Assembly: GCF_032062105.1 (NCBI RefSeq)
Contig: NW_026926947.1
Span: 62,001 to 126,000, forward strand
Reading direction: 5' to 3'
DNA: 64,000 nucleotides
Source: Saccostrea cucullata
Taxonomy: Eukaryota
Below are positions 12,494 through 24,800 of the stretch, one piece after another. The notes under the pieces are model-generated. The model worked only from the letters and a program-made list of their open reading frames with translations. It was not told the DNA's origin and ran no database searches. The position numbers were made by a program, and so were the translations under genes. Within the stretch, counting starts at the first letter, position 1, and every line of letters begins with the position of its first letter.

Positions 12494-13840
12494 AAACCTA
12501 TTTGTCGAGGTTCACGATTCAAAGTTTAAAAATAGTTTGTTCTACATTAATGACTTTGTCCTGCATGAAAGGGAAGCAAATATCTTCGTATATTCAAATT
12601 AATTATAATTAATGTATGACGTCTATGTTTGGAAAAAAAAATCGATTGCTGAAAAAATATTAATAATGAGGAAGTCAATTACTAGTGTAAGATTTTTCTT
12701 ATTACAAGCTAAATCATTGTTTCAAGTCACGGTTCGGAGTTCACTCATAGCTCACTCAAACATGGGAGACGATCGTACATTTTGGCTGTGGTTTGCGACG
12801 AGGAAGCTTAGTCAAAAATTTTAAAGGATTATTATTTAATATTTTCATTTACATCTTGTTAAGCTTTATATCAACAATTTCGTTTATATGACGAGTTTTT
12901 AACAGATTTTTTGGTATAAATCAGAGTTTAAAAAAATGATATGTAAAGAAAAATGACACTTTTAACCAATGCAATTTTAAGATAATGTTATTGAATGAGA
13001 AAAAAAAAACTATAATGGCATATAAAACATTTTATTTTTTTTTTCTTACAGTAATATCAATTAAAGTATGAAAATTCAATATATTTAATTATTCCTTCGG
13101 AATCCCTCCTCAAGCGGCTGGCTCTGGTCTGGTCTAGTTTTTTTTGCGAAAAATACATTTATCTTCATCATTAATGCGGATTATTAACTGTGTTTATGGA
13201 AATACATGTAGCACCTACACATAATTTTAATGCATTTACACTTACACGTAATATGTAGTCGAAATGAATAAAAATTCTAAGTGACTTATTCATTCATTTT
13301 GAATTATTTTTCAAAAAATAAATGAGAGATCGAGAACTAAGTCGCCTCTCATTGAGAGGGTGAGAATTTTTGATTTTTTTTTTAAATAGGTCTTCTACTG
13401 AGGGGGTGGTGTTGAATTTGCCATAATTCGATGACAACAGATGAACATCTTGTAAATATTTGAGGCAATATATATAACACATATCCTTCCATTGAAGTGT
13501 AACATAAAAACCCGTATCACTTTTCTTGATTCTATTCTTGAAAACGGGAGAATCCTATTTCCTATTTTTAGAATGATATTTATGTATTGCTTACAGTGGT
13601 TACAGATAAAGATTCTCATACACGAAACATTCATTAAGCATGTTTATAAATTAATAACTAAATATACGATTTTAAGACAGTTGGTTTATTTATTTAAGTT
13701 TTTTTTATAGGCTAGGTACGTGTTACAACCAAGGGAAAGTTCAATAAGATAGTAGATTTTTTTTTTAGATAATGCTAGATGCAATTGAATTTTCAGGCTT
13801 TGTGATGTCGGTGAATGTTATTTAAGAGCTTTATTTAAAA

Positions 13841-15460
13841 GGCACCGTGTAATTCATGGACTGGAGTCTTGGAGTGGAGTTATGGAGTGGAGTTTGGAGT
13901 GGAGTTTGGAGTCAATTTTTGGAGTCCGAGATTTTCTTTAAACATAATTATGCAGAATTTTTTTCAGAAATGGCATTTGTATGATTGTCTTTAATATTCT
14001 AAAATAATCTATTTGCAAGATAAACCTCTAATTTAATAAATATTTGGTACATTTGTATATACATTGTAAGTATGTGGAGTTATGGAGTGGAGTTTGGAGT
14101 CAATTTTTGGAGTCTGAGATTTTCTTTAAACATAATTATGTAACACTTAGAATAACAATTCTTTGAGATTATGTAACTGAAAGATCTTTCATTATCAATT
14201 ATTACTAGTATGTTACCTAAAACAGTGACAGTATATCCTGTTTAATTAAATTTAACTGTTATATCAGTTATGAAACCTATTGCATTCAGTGCATAATTGG
14301 AAGGTGATTAAAACCCCTAATCTAAATTATATCTTTCTGTCACATCTCTGTTATGTCTGTTGAAACTTTTACAGGATTTGGACCATACAGCTGTATACGT
14401 AGGTTAGTAAACTATTACAAGGTTGTTTGATTTTTGCAAATTTGTACACATACATAATAACCTCTATCATTTTTATGCAGTTCTTATAAAATAATACCCT
14501 AAGCATTCTGAGAGTATTGTATAAGGGATACAAGTGCCTTACAACCATCAAAAATCATTTAAGCAGAAAACACTGCACCCTCTTTTCATTTTTTTTTTTG
14601 GTTTATTCAAGACATAAATGATACCCCTGCCTCACATATGAATTAATGGCAGTCTCCATGTTATACAATGGGAAACCCAAAATATGTCAGATAAGATAAG
14701 ATAACATTTATTTAAAGTCGGGTACATCAACAAAGAACATAAGACCTAAAGAGCTATTTTCCGACTTAATAATAATGTTACATAAAATACAACAATCATA
14801 CTTAATAAACAAGAAACAGATTTTAAAAAATTAAATTATGTGCCGGATCAAAAAGTAAAATAGGAAGTGCATAATGGCATTATATAATAAAGATTCTCTG
14901 AGGGTACAACAATGCGTAACAGACGGACTGAGGTACAGACAGATGGACGGACAGACATCCCATTACTATATACCTTCCTGGTTTCTAAGAGGGGTATATT
15001 AAATTGAAAAAATTACGTTGCTTTAATTGACTTATTTCTTACACGTAGTGACATGACCCCTAGCTGACTTTGTTGTTCTTAGATATTTTAAATTACAACG
15101 GTTTGTTAGAATTATTAGGTCTTTGATCACATTACCGATCAGTTCTATTTAGGTTAATAGTTGTAGGAAGTTATCAATTAATTTTGATTTAAGTGGTTAT
15201 TAGTTCAATAATGATGTTCAACATACTTACAGTGTATATACAAATGTACCAAATATTTATTAAATTAGAGGTTTATCTTGCCAGTAGATTATTTTAGAAT
15301 ATTAAAGACAATCATACAAATGCCATTTCTGAAAAAAAAAAAATTCTGCATAATTATGTTTAAAGAAAATCTCAGACTCCAAAAATTGACTCCAAACTCC
15401 ACTCCAAACTCCACTCCATAACTCCACTCCAAGACTCCAGTCCATGAATTACACGGTGCC
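13841..15460. mobile_element. Mutator-like (MULE) non-autonomous element
   Basis: ~235-bp TIRs GGCACCGTGTAATTCATGGACTGGAG... / ...CTCCAGTCCATGAATTACACGGTGCC; exact 9-bp TSD TATTTAAAA (13832-13840, 15461-15469). Confidence 0.88.
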
Positions 15461-17027
15461 TATTTAAAATGCGTGAATTTTCTTTCACACACGTTTTCAC
15501 ATTTCAAAATTACTTCCACAATAAATATATACACTCACATATATATATTTTTACAATAAAGGTGTCACTGGAAAAAGTTCAGACAATGTACAGTCAAGTC
15601 ATTGGAATGTTAAGCAGTTTATATATTATAAATGTATACCAGAACGCAAGTTTACAGAGCTTTTAGTGTGACAGCGAACCGAGATAACAGAATATTTTAC
15701 CTCCCAGTAACATAAACTTTCCATTGCGTATTTATAAATAGAAACCTATAAAAAGATGGCTTTTCCCAGATTTATTTTGGTGATGCATTGCCCGTCGATC
15801 CTTCGGCCTAAGCAAATATGCATTCTTTTATCTATTATTATTATTTATATATTTATTTTTTGGAATAAGTACATTTATAGGTTAATGATATGGATGTCAT
15901 TTTTTGCAAGAATTCGAAATATTGAAATATTTTAAGGCGAACCCAAATAGAAATTAAATTAAGCAGGTTGCAGGCATTTAATTTTTATAGTTGCAGCATA
16001 GTCAAAAACAGAAGATGGGGGGGGGGGGGGGGGGGGATATGCAGTAATGTGTGAAAAAAATGCATGGAACCTAACACCCCCGCCCCTCTCAAATTTAAAA
16101 GAAAGGTTTTGGAAATCATGGAAATAGGACAATTTATTTCTTTTTTCTAACACCCCTTTTAAAAACGACACTGAGTGCCTGATGTATTATTGTATCATTT
16201 TTCAAGGCTGAAATTTAGCAAATGATGATTTTAAGAACACGAGATCTTTCAGTGGATTAGCCTAGCTCTTGTAGAGCCCCCAAGAGGCCATGCTCTGGAC
16301 CCGAGTGGGTCTTAATTAAGGCGTTCCCCCAGATCACTAGCCTGATTTGCGTGGACCGTACAAACATGTATGTTAGCCAACATGTATGTTAGCCCATGAA
16401 TACATTTTTTGCATTATATAATATGTTACATACCACATCCGTGCTATTCAAAATTCATAAGTCACATGTATATTCCCCAGATTTTGCCAAATGACTTTTT
16501 CGTACTTAACCTATAAAAGTGCGACCTTCACATCAGTCATATCGCAACTACACGTACCACGAAGCGCGGACAGTTATTTATTGCAGCTTTTATGGAAGGG
16601 AATTACCGCCAAAAGTCTATGTATCTTGCTTTTATTCTTATTCTGCCTACTTCTTTATGCTTTGTTATTAATGTAGTTATATGTCACTTTATTGTTTTCA
16701 TATTCGTCTTTATTACATTTCACTTTGACTTTTATCCTTCTTCATTTCGTCCTTACTTCTATGTTTCTTTATTCTTGTTAAGTCATTTTATTTTATTTTT
16801 AAATTGATACAATATCTTAAATGATTATCTCTATTACGAACGTTAACTCAATCACGCAAACAATGAAGCATATTCAATGAAGACGAATGTAAGTTGTCAA
16901 ACCGTCAAAATTTAGTGCGGCATTATAACGCTAGGTGGTGTGGTGTTCGCTACGAGTGTTGGTAAAACTAGGTAACCAAACCCGGGTCGGGTTATTTGAG
17001 ATTCTTTAATACGCCTTAGTACTTTAA

Positions 17028-17383
17028 AGCCATATGTGGCGTAACTGATAAAAAAATATACATTTTTGAAAAATACAAAATTAAGTAAAGAAATATATTT
17101 AATACATTTAAATTAAAGCTTTTCATACAATTCTGAACATGGAAAACACCTAATAACACGATTTTATCTTCTCTGTAATGTGTTATTTAAATCTTTTGTA
17201 TTTTCTTCCGAGTCGGAGAAAATTCCGAAAATCCAAATTAAATTGTGATATCTTTATAACGCAATTGACTTAGATTTTGTAATTTACGGAAAAGTTCTAT
17301 CTTTATATAAAGTAATGATACAAATAATAAGTTCTTATAATTTTAGTCTAATAATTTTCATTGTACATACGCCATATATGGCT
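17028..17383. mobile_element. MITE with TTAA TSD (Kolobok-like)
   Basis: TTAA|AGCCATATGTGGCGTA ... TACGCCATATATGGCT|TTAA. Confidence 0.75.
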
Positions 17384-19159
17384 TTAATTATCAATCGAAT
17401 TTCTGAAGGTCTGATCCAATAATCCGATCCAATAATGGAAACTCCATATTTATTTTCTCTGGCCACACAGGATATACTGTAGTGGCCTCTTTTTTCAGAC
17501 ATAACTTTATACTATACTGAATATGTTTATTGAAAGGCCGACCCACTTTTTGTAAGAGTAAGGGTCAAATAAGTTAATGTAGTACGTATAGTAGGTAGAA
17601 AATTTAAATTTGACTCTATAGAAGAAGTTGAATCTAAGCCAAAACTCACCCCGCCTTCGAAATAGGATTTCATTGGCATCGGAAGCAAATTGAAAGTGGG
17701 GGGGGGGGGCTAAGTGTAAGAATTTTTTAAGACCATCAAAAAAAAAAACGACAAGCAAAAAAAAAAAAAAAAAGAAAGAAAGAAAGAAAAGAAAAGAAAT
17801 GTCCATTTTCCGAACTAAAATATTCAATTTCGTGGGGGTGGGTGAGGGGGGGGGGGGGGTGGTTGGAACTCCAGTGCCAAAGTTTTTTTTCCCATACACC
17901 ACCACTTTCCCCATTTTAAACCTATACTGCATCGTGCCCATGGCAAGTGGGGGGGGGGGGGGGTTATAACCTATGCAGGAACGTCTGTACTAAGTCTATC
18001 TCTGGAAAAAAAGTGGGGACTAAGTCCACCCTCCTCCACGGTTCCGACGCCTAGTATGTATTTTCAAGTTTTTTTTGCGCTTGTCAAGATGTTTTCAGCC
18101 GGGTACTTTAATATTTATTCTCTTGTTGCCCCCTCCCCACTTTCAAAAACTTACAATGCTACGTTACTTTTCTCTCGCCTGAAAAATATAACTCTATTAA
18201 AGTTATTTGTTGGATAATTGAATTCTAGTTTAATTGATATAAAAATGTTCAATATTTTGATACTAGTTAACCCTCATAAATTGGGTTGTTTTTCAGAACC
18301 TTCCACTGAACTGAAGTTTATTTCATGACAGATAGTAACTGCTCATGTGCGTGATTCTAGGGGCAGGGCTTTGCAAAGGAGTGAGGAGCGTTAATATGGG
18401 TAGGCAGGCTCGGATCCAAATTTTTTTTCCAGCGGGGGGGGGGGGGGCACCCCAGCCCAAAAACAAAAATTCCAATCCCAGAAATTACTTGACGAGCATA
18501 AAAAAACCTAAACTCGCCCAAACGTCAAAATCCAATTTCGAAGGGAGCGTTTAACTTTTTTCCTTGCTTTAGTATATACATTTTTAAACCTTGTAAATTC
18601 CAGGGGGTCCTTACACCCCACCCCCCTCTAGATCCGCGCATAGTAGGCGAAGTAAGAACTAGGCTTCATGCATCCAGACATACTAAAAACTCCCTGGTCT
18701 TATTTTCAGCGTTAATATTTCTTATTAAAATAGCAATTAATTTTCAATAAAGAAAGAAATATCTTTACATATAGTACGCGTCGTATTTGTGATCAGCCAG
18801 GACAGCTAAAAAAAAAATCTTAGAACTCGAAAATTCTGTTTGGTGGTGGTGAGGGGGGGAAGGGGTCGTCAACTTTTTTACAGGCTAAATTTTACTCATA
18901 CCAATAAGTACATGACTTTTAATATATAAATTGACAATAAGTTCTGCAACAAAAAGGGTAAGACAGGGACGTAGTATCAGAGGGGGGGGGGGCAGGGGGA
19001 GGGCTCCCCTCCCACTTTTCCCCCGACATTACCTTTACAATAGAAAATGTTTACTTAAAGGAAGATTACCCCCCCCCCCCCCCACATTTCACCACAGTGG
19101 ATATAAAAAAAATTTCCCCCAAAAAAAAATTGGAATTGAAAAATAGTTGTTCTTGAAAA

Positions 19160-19420
19160 AAGTTAGCCACTTTGCCGGTGGAGCTAGAGCTGCAAATTTG
19201 TCCTATATACTTGGCACTTATAGCCATTGAGCAATGAGGGATCTTTTCTTGTGCCAGCACCTACTGCGACACGGGACCTCGGATAACAATGTCTAGATCG
19301 ATGGATTGAAATCCACATCCTACAGTGGGATTCTTACCCACGACGTATTGATCGACTCTTTACTACTGTACTTCGTGACTCTAGAGCAGACGCCGTAACC
19401 ACAGTGCCACGCAGGCGACT
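19160..19420 (-). mobile_element. Degenerate SINE related to the 9360-9724 element
   Basis: Reverse complement contains CCGAGGTCCCGTGTCGCAGTAGG..GGCACAAGAAAAGATCCCTCATTGCTCAATGGC. Confidence 0.7.
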
Positions 19421-21807
19421 TAACCCAGGGGTGAGGGGGGGTTGTCATAATCCATATGGACTCGTGAAGATTATCTATATTTAACTATTGGTTAAAATGA
19501 TTTAATTATAAAGCACTTTTAGAATGATGTCATTTAAATATTTATTCATACATGTATCATATGTATAGGACGGATAACTTTTCTTCAAAAACTGAAAACG
19601 TTCGTATATATAAACATCGTTTTACGATTAAAAAACTATTCGGGGGAGGGGTTGCTATGAAGGGGGGATTGCTATATATAGCAAGATTTCCCACGGAAGA
19701 CTAGCTATACCCCGGGGGAAGTCCAAGTGTATAGTCTTCCAAAGGAAGCATCACTATGTTTCACTTCAAAGGGAAATCTTACCATCTAGGACTTTCGAGG
19801 GAATGGCATGTACATATATCGGGTACATACCTGAACTAATAACAAACATCATTCATTTGAAAATTTAAGTTCGATCGATAAAGTATTAAGGCAAAAAATT
19901 GGAAAAAAACTCGAATAACCCCGGCCCGGTTTGCTTACCTAATTTTACCAACACTCTTAGCGAACACCCCTGCCACCTAGCGTTATAATGCGGCACTAAA
20001 TTAGGACAACTCGTATTCGTCTTCATTGAATATGCTTCATTGTTTGCGTGATTGAGTTAACGTTCGTAATAGAAATAATCATTTAAGATACTGTATCAAT
20101 TTAAAATAAAATAAAATGACTTAACAAGAATAAAGAAACATAGAAGTAAGGACGAAATGAAGAAGGATAAAAGTCAAAGTGAAATGTAATAAAGACGAAT
20201 ATGAAAACAATAAAGTGACATATAATTACAATAATAACAAAGCATAAAGAAGTAGGCAGAATAAGAATAAAAGCAAGATACATAGACTTTTGGCGGTAAT
20301 TCCCTTCCATAGCTTTCTAGGTGGGTCGATCTGGCTGGGGTTTTCCTCCGTCTTAGCTATATATATAAATCTTAATAGGACGAGGTTCATGGGATTTCTT
20401 CAAGTTATTCACTGTGGGTTATGCGATATTTAGATAATCTGAAACGGTCTACAATTTTGGTAAGTTTCCTTCTTTTTTGGTTTCTGTTCCTGTTGCTTGC
20501 TCCAGATTAAAGACTAGACAATATGTTATCTGACTTTTTAATATATTCGATCAATTCATACTATTAATGCAAGATATATTACTGTTTTTAGCGGCAGCTC
20601 ACACAAATTGGTCCGACCAAAATAGTTCCATCATGATTAAGTAGATACAACATTATTGTTCATGATAAGAGTAAAGTTGTGTATTTCATACGTTAAAGAA
20701 ATCAAAAATAACGTCAAAATATTATTAGAAAATCACTTTCCCCCCGAAATGCAAATAAAAAATATCAATATTCCTACGCTCGCTCCCTCCTCAGCCTTTT
20801 TTTTTTTTTTTTTTTACATGTTTGATAATAGAGAATATTTAGGTCATTCTTCGATTCATATGTTATATGTATGTTTACTCGCTTGGCAACATATAATAAT
20901 TCAAACAATACTCTTGACAAATAAATGACTTCGACTTCAAGCACGTTTTACTTCATTTTATTATCGGAACTCTCTAGTCTCAAAATTATACAACTCAAAT
21001 ATGCACGGTCAAATATCCGGATTGCTATGCAATGCCATGGTCAATAATACAACATCCCCCCACAAAAATAAAATTGTTCAATTTTATAAGAACCATGAGA
21101 TTGACAAAGCAGTCCGGGTATAACATACATATACAATGACCATAATGTATGTCCATATATCACAAAGCATATGTAAGTATTGTAGAATATGATAAATGAT
21201 ACAGTCACACACACCAAAGGTACACAAGATTCATGATCCTACAAGCTGAATTCAAGACTATTCTAGTAAAGTGATAACTCAGTCAAAACTAATATGACTT
21301 CAATGACATGAACAATACCTCTTTCAAGCATCAACCTATGCAAACAAAAGTCATCGATATGGTGTGAAACTCATACAACATAACTGAGCCCAAGTGACTA
21401 AAGTATACATTTACAGAATGTATATCATGATACAACTTACAAGTAATATTATGCCATTTCAGTGATAAATCCACAATAAAGCAGACCTCAAACAAAGTGG
21501 TCACATGTAAATGTATGCAAAAATATAAATATTATTGAAAATGTAAAAAAAAAATACATGAAAATAGGTATCTCCTGTAAAAAAAATTTGCAATAAAAAA
21601 GAAATTAATATCATCATCAAATAATATGCAACACATGTTATTAATTAATATGTTGACATCAACTGACCAATTTCAGGTGAATTACCATGTCATACTACAA
21701 TTCATTACATTCTCAAGACAAATGTAGTACATGTACAGTAATGCATCCACAGCAATTTCAAATACCAGTATATGAAAGAAACACAACTCAATTGTAGTAT
21801 ACAAAAA

Positions 21808-24800
21808 TTACTTTAACATTGGGGGAGGTTTTTGTTTGATTAATTCTTGTGTCTTAGTGTTCAAAGCATCCCAAGGTAACCACATAGAATTCTGAGCTGG
21901 TTCCCCAGAGAAATGCACTAGGAACTCCTTGGAATTACCCGATCCTCTTTGTCCTAGCACTCGCTTAACCTTGTAAAGTGTTCCAGTGTCCGACATTGAA
22001 CTAACTTCAACTGAAAGAGGATCTCGATGGTCAGAGTCTCTATAGCGAAGAGGCTTCTTACACATGCGGCGAGGTCGCACTTGTTCGGGTAACACAGGTA
22101 CCTTACGTTCACGCTTCCCTGAACCATCTTTATGTGTAGAGTTCATGTCCAGGATTCCTCCCTGAGAATTCTGGGTCAAAGGGTCATCACCGGGGGTATG
22201 TACCATGGGATTCTGGAGATCTGGTGTTTGGTTGGAATCCGGTTTGGTATGAGTGTCTGTCTGTGTCTGTTGATCAGTACAAGCAGGCGAGACTGTCGTG
22301 CGAGTTATAACCGGGCCAAGTAGATAGGGTTGTGGTGATGGTGCACGAACGTAAGCCATCTTTAATCTGTTCACATGAATGGGTTCACTAAAAACTTTCC
22401 CAGTGTTCTGATCTACTAGTAATACACGAGAGTCCGAGAAAACTTGATGCACTATATGAGGTCCAGAGAACTTGGCTTGAAGCTTCTGTGCAGGGCCTAC
22501 TGCAGGAATAGACAGGTAAACATAATCCCCTTTCACGAGGTGTAAAGGATGCGAGTTTTGGTTTGCTCTGGTAACCATAGTATCCTTATTAGCCTCAATG
22601 TTGTTCCGTACTTCTGTGCGGATTGTATGTAGTTTGTCAAGAAAAGCATCCATGTACTCCTGACTCCCCTTCGGTAAAGTATGAAGGTCAGAATTAAGGG
22701 TCACTGGTGACAGGGGAAACCGTGGTCTGTATCCAAGCACTATCTCAAATGGGGAATATCCTAGAGTAGAATTTATGCTCTGATTAATGGCAAACACAAT
22801 GGATGAGAGCTTCTCGTCCCAGTTTCGTCTCTGTTTGTCCATATATGGAGTAAGTCGTTCCTCTAGTGTTCTGTGCATTCTTTCACATGCACCGAGACAG
22901 TGGTGTGCAAAACTAGGCGTAAATTGTTGGGATATGCCTAGCATTCTACAAACTTCTGTTGTTACCTGTGCGGTAAATTCAGTCCCTTGATCACTGAGTA
23001 TGGTGTCGCATCCACCAAATGTAGTAAACAGCTGATACAAGGCAGATGACACAGTAATAGCGTCCTTAGCTGGGATGGGTACAGCAAACAAAAATTTGCT
23101 GAACATACAAGTAGCAGTAAATATGTATGTATTTCCCTTATAAGACACAGGTAGTGGTCCTTGTAGATCTATTTGCCACACATCAAAGGGTTTACCTGGA
23201 GTAGGAAAGGACACTATATTTGCCTTTGTCTTTGCTTGGGTCATTTTCCGACTTTGGCAAATATTGCAAGATTTCACAAAATCACTTATGATGGATGACA
23301 TCTTGGAAAAATAATAATGTTCTTTTATGCGATCTAGGGTGTCATTAATGCCACCATGAGCTCCCATAGGTGACTCGTGGTACAACTCTAGAACTGTTTT
23401 GATAAGAGCCTGTGGAACGACAAGTTGATAGTTGTTGAGGCCCTTGGTACGCTTTGCTTTGGCTATACGCGAGTGAAATAAAACACCATCGGTCACTAGA
23501 TAATCCGGGGCTTCTAGAAGAATTTTTCGAGCAGCTTTCTGTGAAAATGGTAGTTTGTCTTGCTGCAAATAATCTAGAATAAGTCTCAAATCAGGATCTG
23601 ATTTCTGTAACATGGCAATGCTGGACAGAGAAAGGTCTGTTTTGGTAAGTAGCTCGAGTGCACTATCCTGAACAGGTTTGTCTGGTATTCTGTCCGAGGT
23701 CTCATTCTCAATTACGGTATCAGCATTGTATCTGTCAGTCACACTATCGTCAAGTACAGTATCAGAGTTAACAAGGTCCTGGTATCCATGGTTACTATCA
23801 CTTGTAGAATCAGTATTCCTTGATTCCTGAATCACAGTGTCAGAATGAACATCACTAGCACTAATTTTGTGAACATGAGTAGGAGTGTCAGTAGCACTTA
23901 AATTATCATGAAGCACAGTGTCAGTATGATGGTCAGTAGAAGTGTCATTTTCACTTGTTTTATCATAAAGCACAGTGTCACTGTGATGGTCATTCGCACT
24001 TTTAGGATGATCAAGAGTACAAGTATCACTATCACCAAGTTTGTTGTCGCAGATCAAAGGTGCACAAACATTTGAGTGTCCATTAGTTTCACTTACAACA
24101 GTGTCAATATCACTTTTGTTGGTATTGTGAATAACAGTGTCACTATCACATGCACTCATTACATGGGCAACTTTGACTGGTTTTCCAAATGGTGATTTAG
24201 GAAATGGCTTTCCATTGGGATATTTCCTCCATGGTTGGAAATCCAGAGATTTCTTATGTGGTTTTGGAAATATATTTGCAGTTGGCTCATCGGTATCTGC
24301 ATCATATCCATTGTCCAGATGAGGTTTCGTGTCCAGTCTGAGATGATTAAGCTCCTTGTGACCAGTGTTGATCAGATGCGGAGTCAGGGGTTTCCCACAT
24401 GGAAAATGAATTTGTCCAGTTTCCTCTTTAATGTAGGGAAAGAAGAGATCTTCCTGGTCTGGACTGTCAAAACTGGTGTCACTGTTATCTGGTAAGTCAC
24501 GAGACAATGAATCAGGTACACACATTTCCTTCGCTGGCTTGTAAACAATATCAAAATTAAACTCCTGTAGAATGGCTAACCAGCGCTCATAAATGGCACC
24601 CTTGAGTTTCTTCTGGTACAGGGGTTTCAGAGCTTGATGGTCACATTCCACTATGAAATGGGTTCCTCTGATGTATGACGCACATTCCAAAACAGCGTAT
24701 GTCATTCCCAAGAGTTCCAACTTTGTTGGTCCATAAGAACGCTGCCATTTGGACAGTCCTTTGGAACCATAACGTACGACATGTGGAGTTTCCAAGTTAT

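Larger units (their letters stand above)
16591..20311. mobile_element. Large non-autonomous TIR element with TATGG...CCATA termini (IS3EU-like)
   Basis: ~400-bp inverted repeats at 16591-~17000 and ~19911-20311, flanked by (A)GCTTT on both sides; no transposase ORF inside. Confidence 0.7.

Noticed and set aside
17507-19260. Pro/Gly/Phe-rich ORFs
   Set aside because: Translations of poly-G/C/A tracts in repeats.
16592-20310. Twin hydrophobic ORFs MEGNYRQKSM... as duplicated membrane-protein genes
   Set aside because: They are the two arms of an inverted-repeat transposon; T-rich DNA gives hydrophobic translations.
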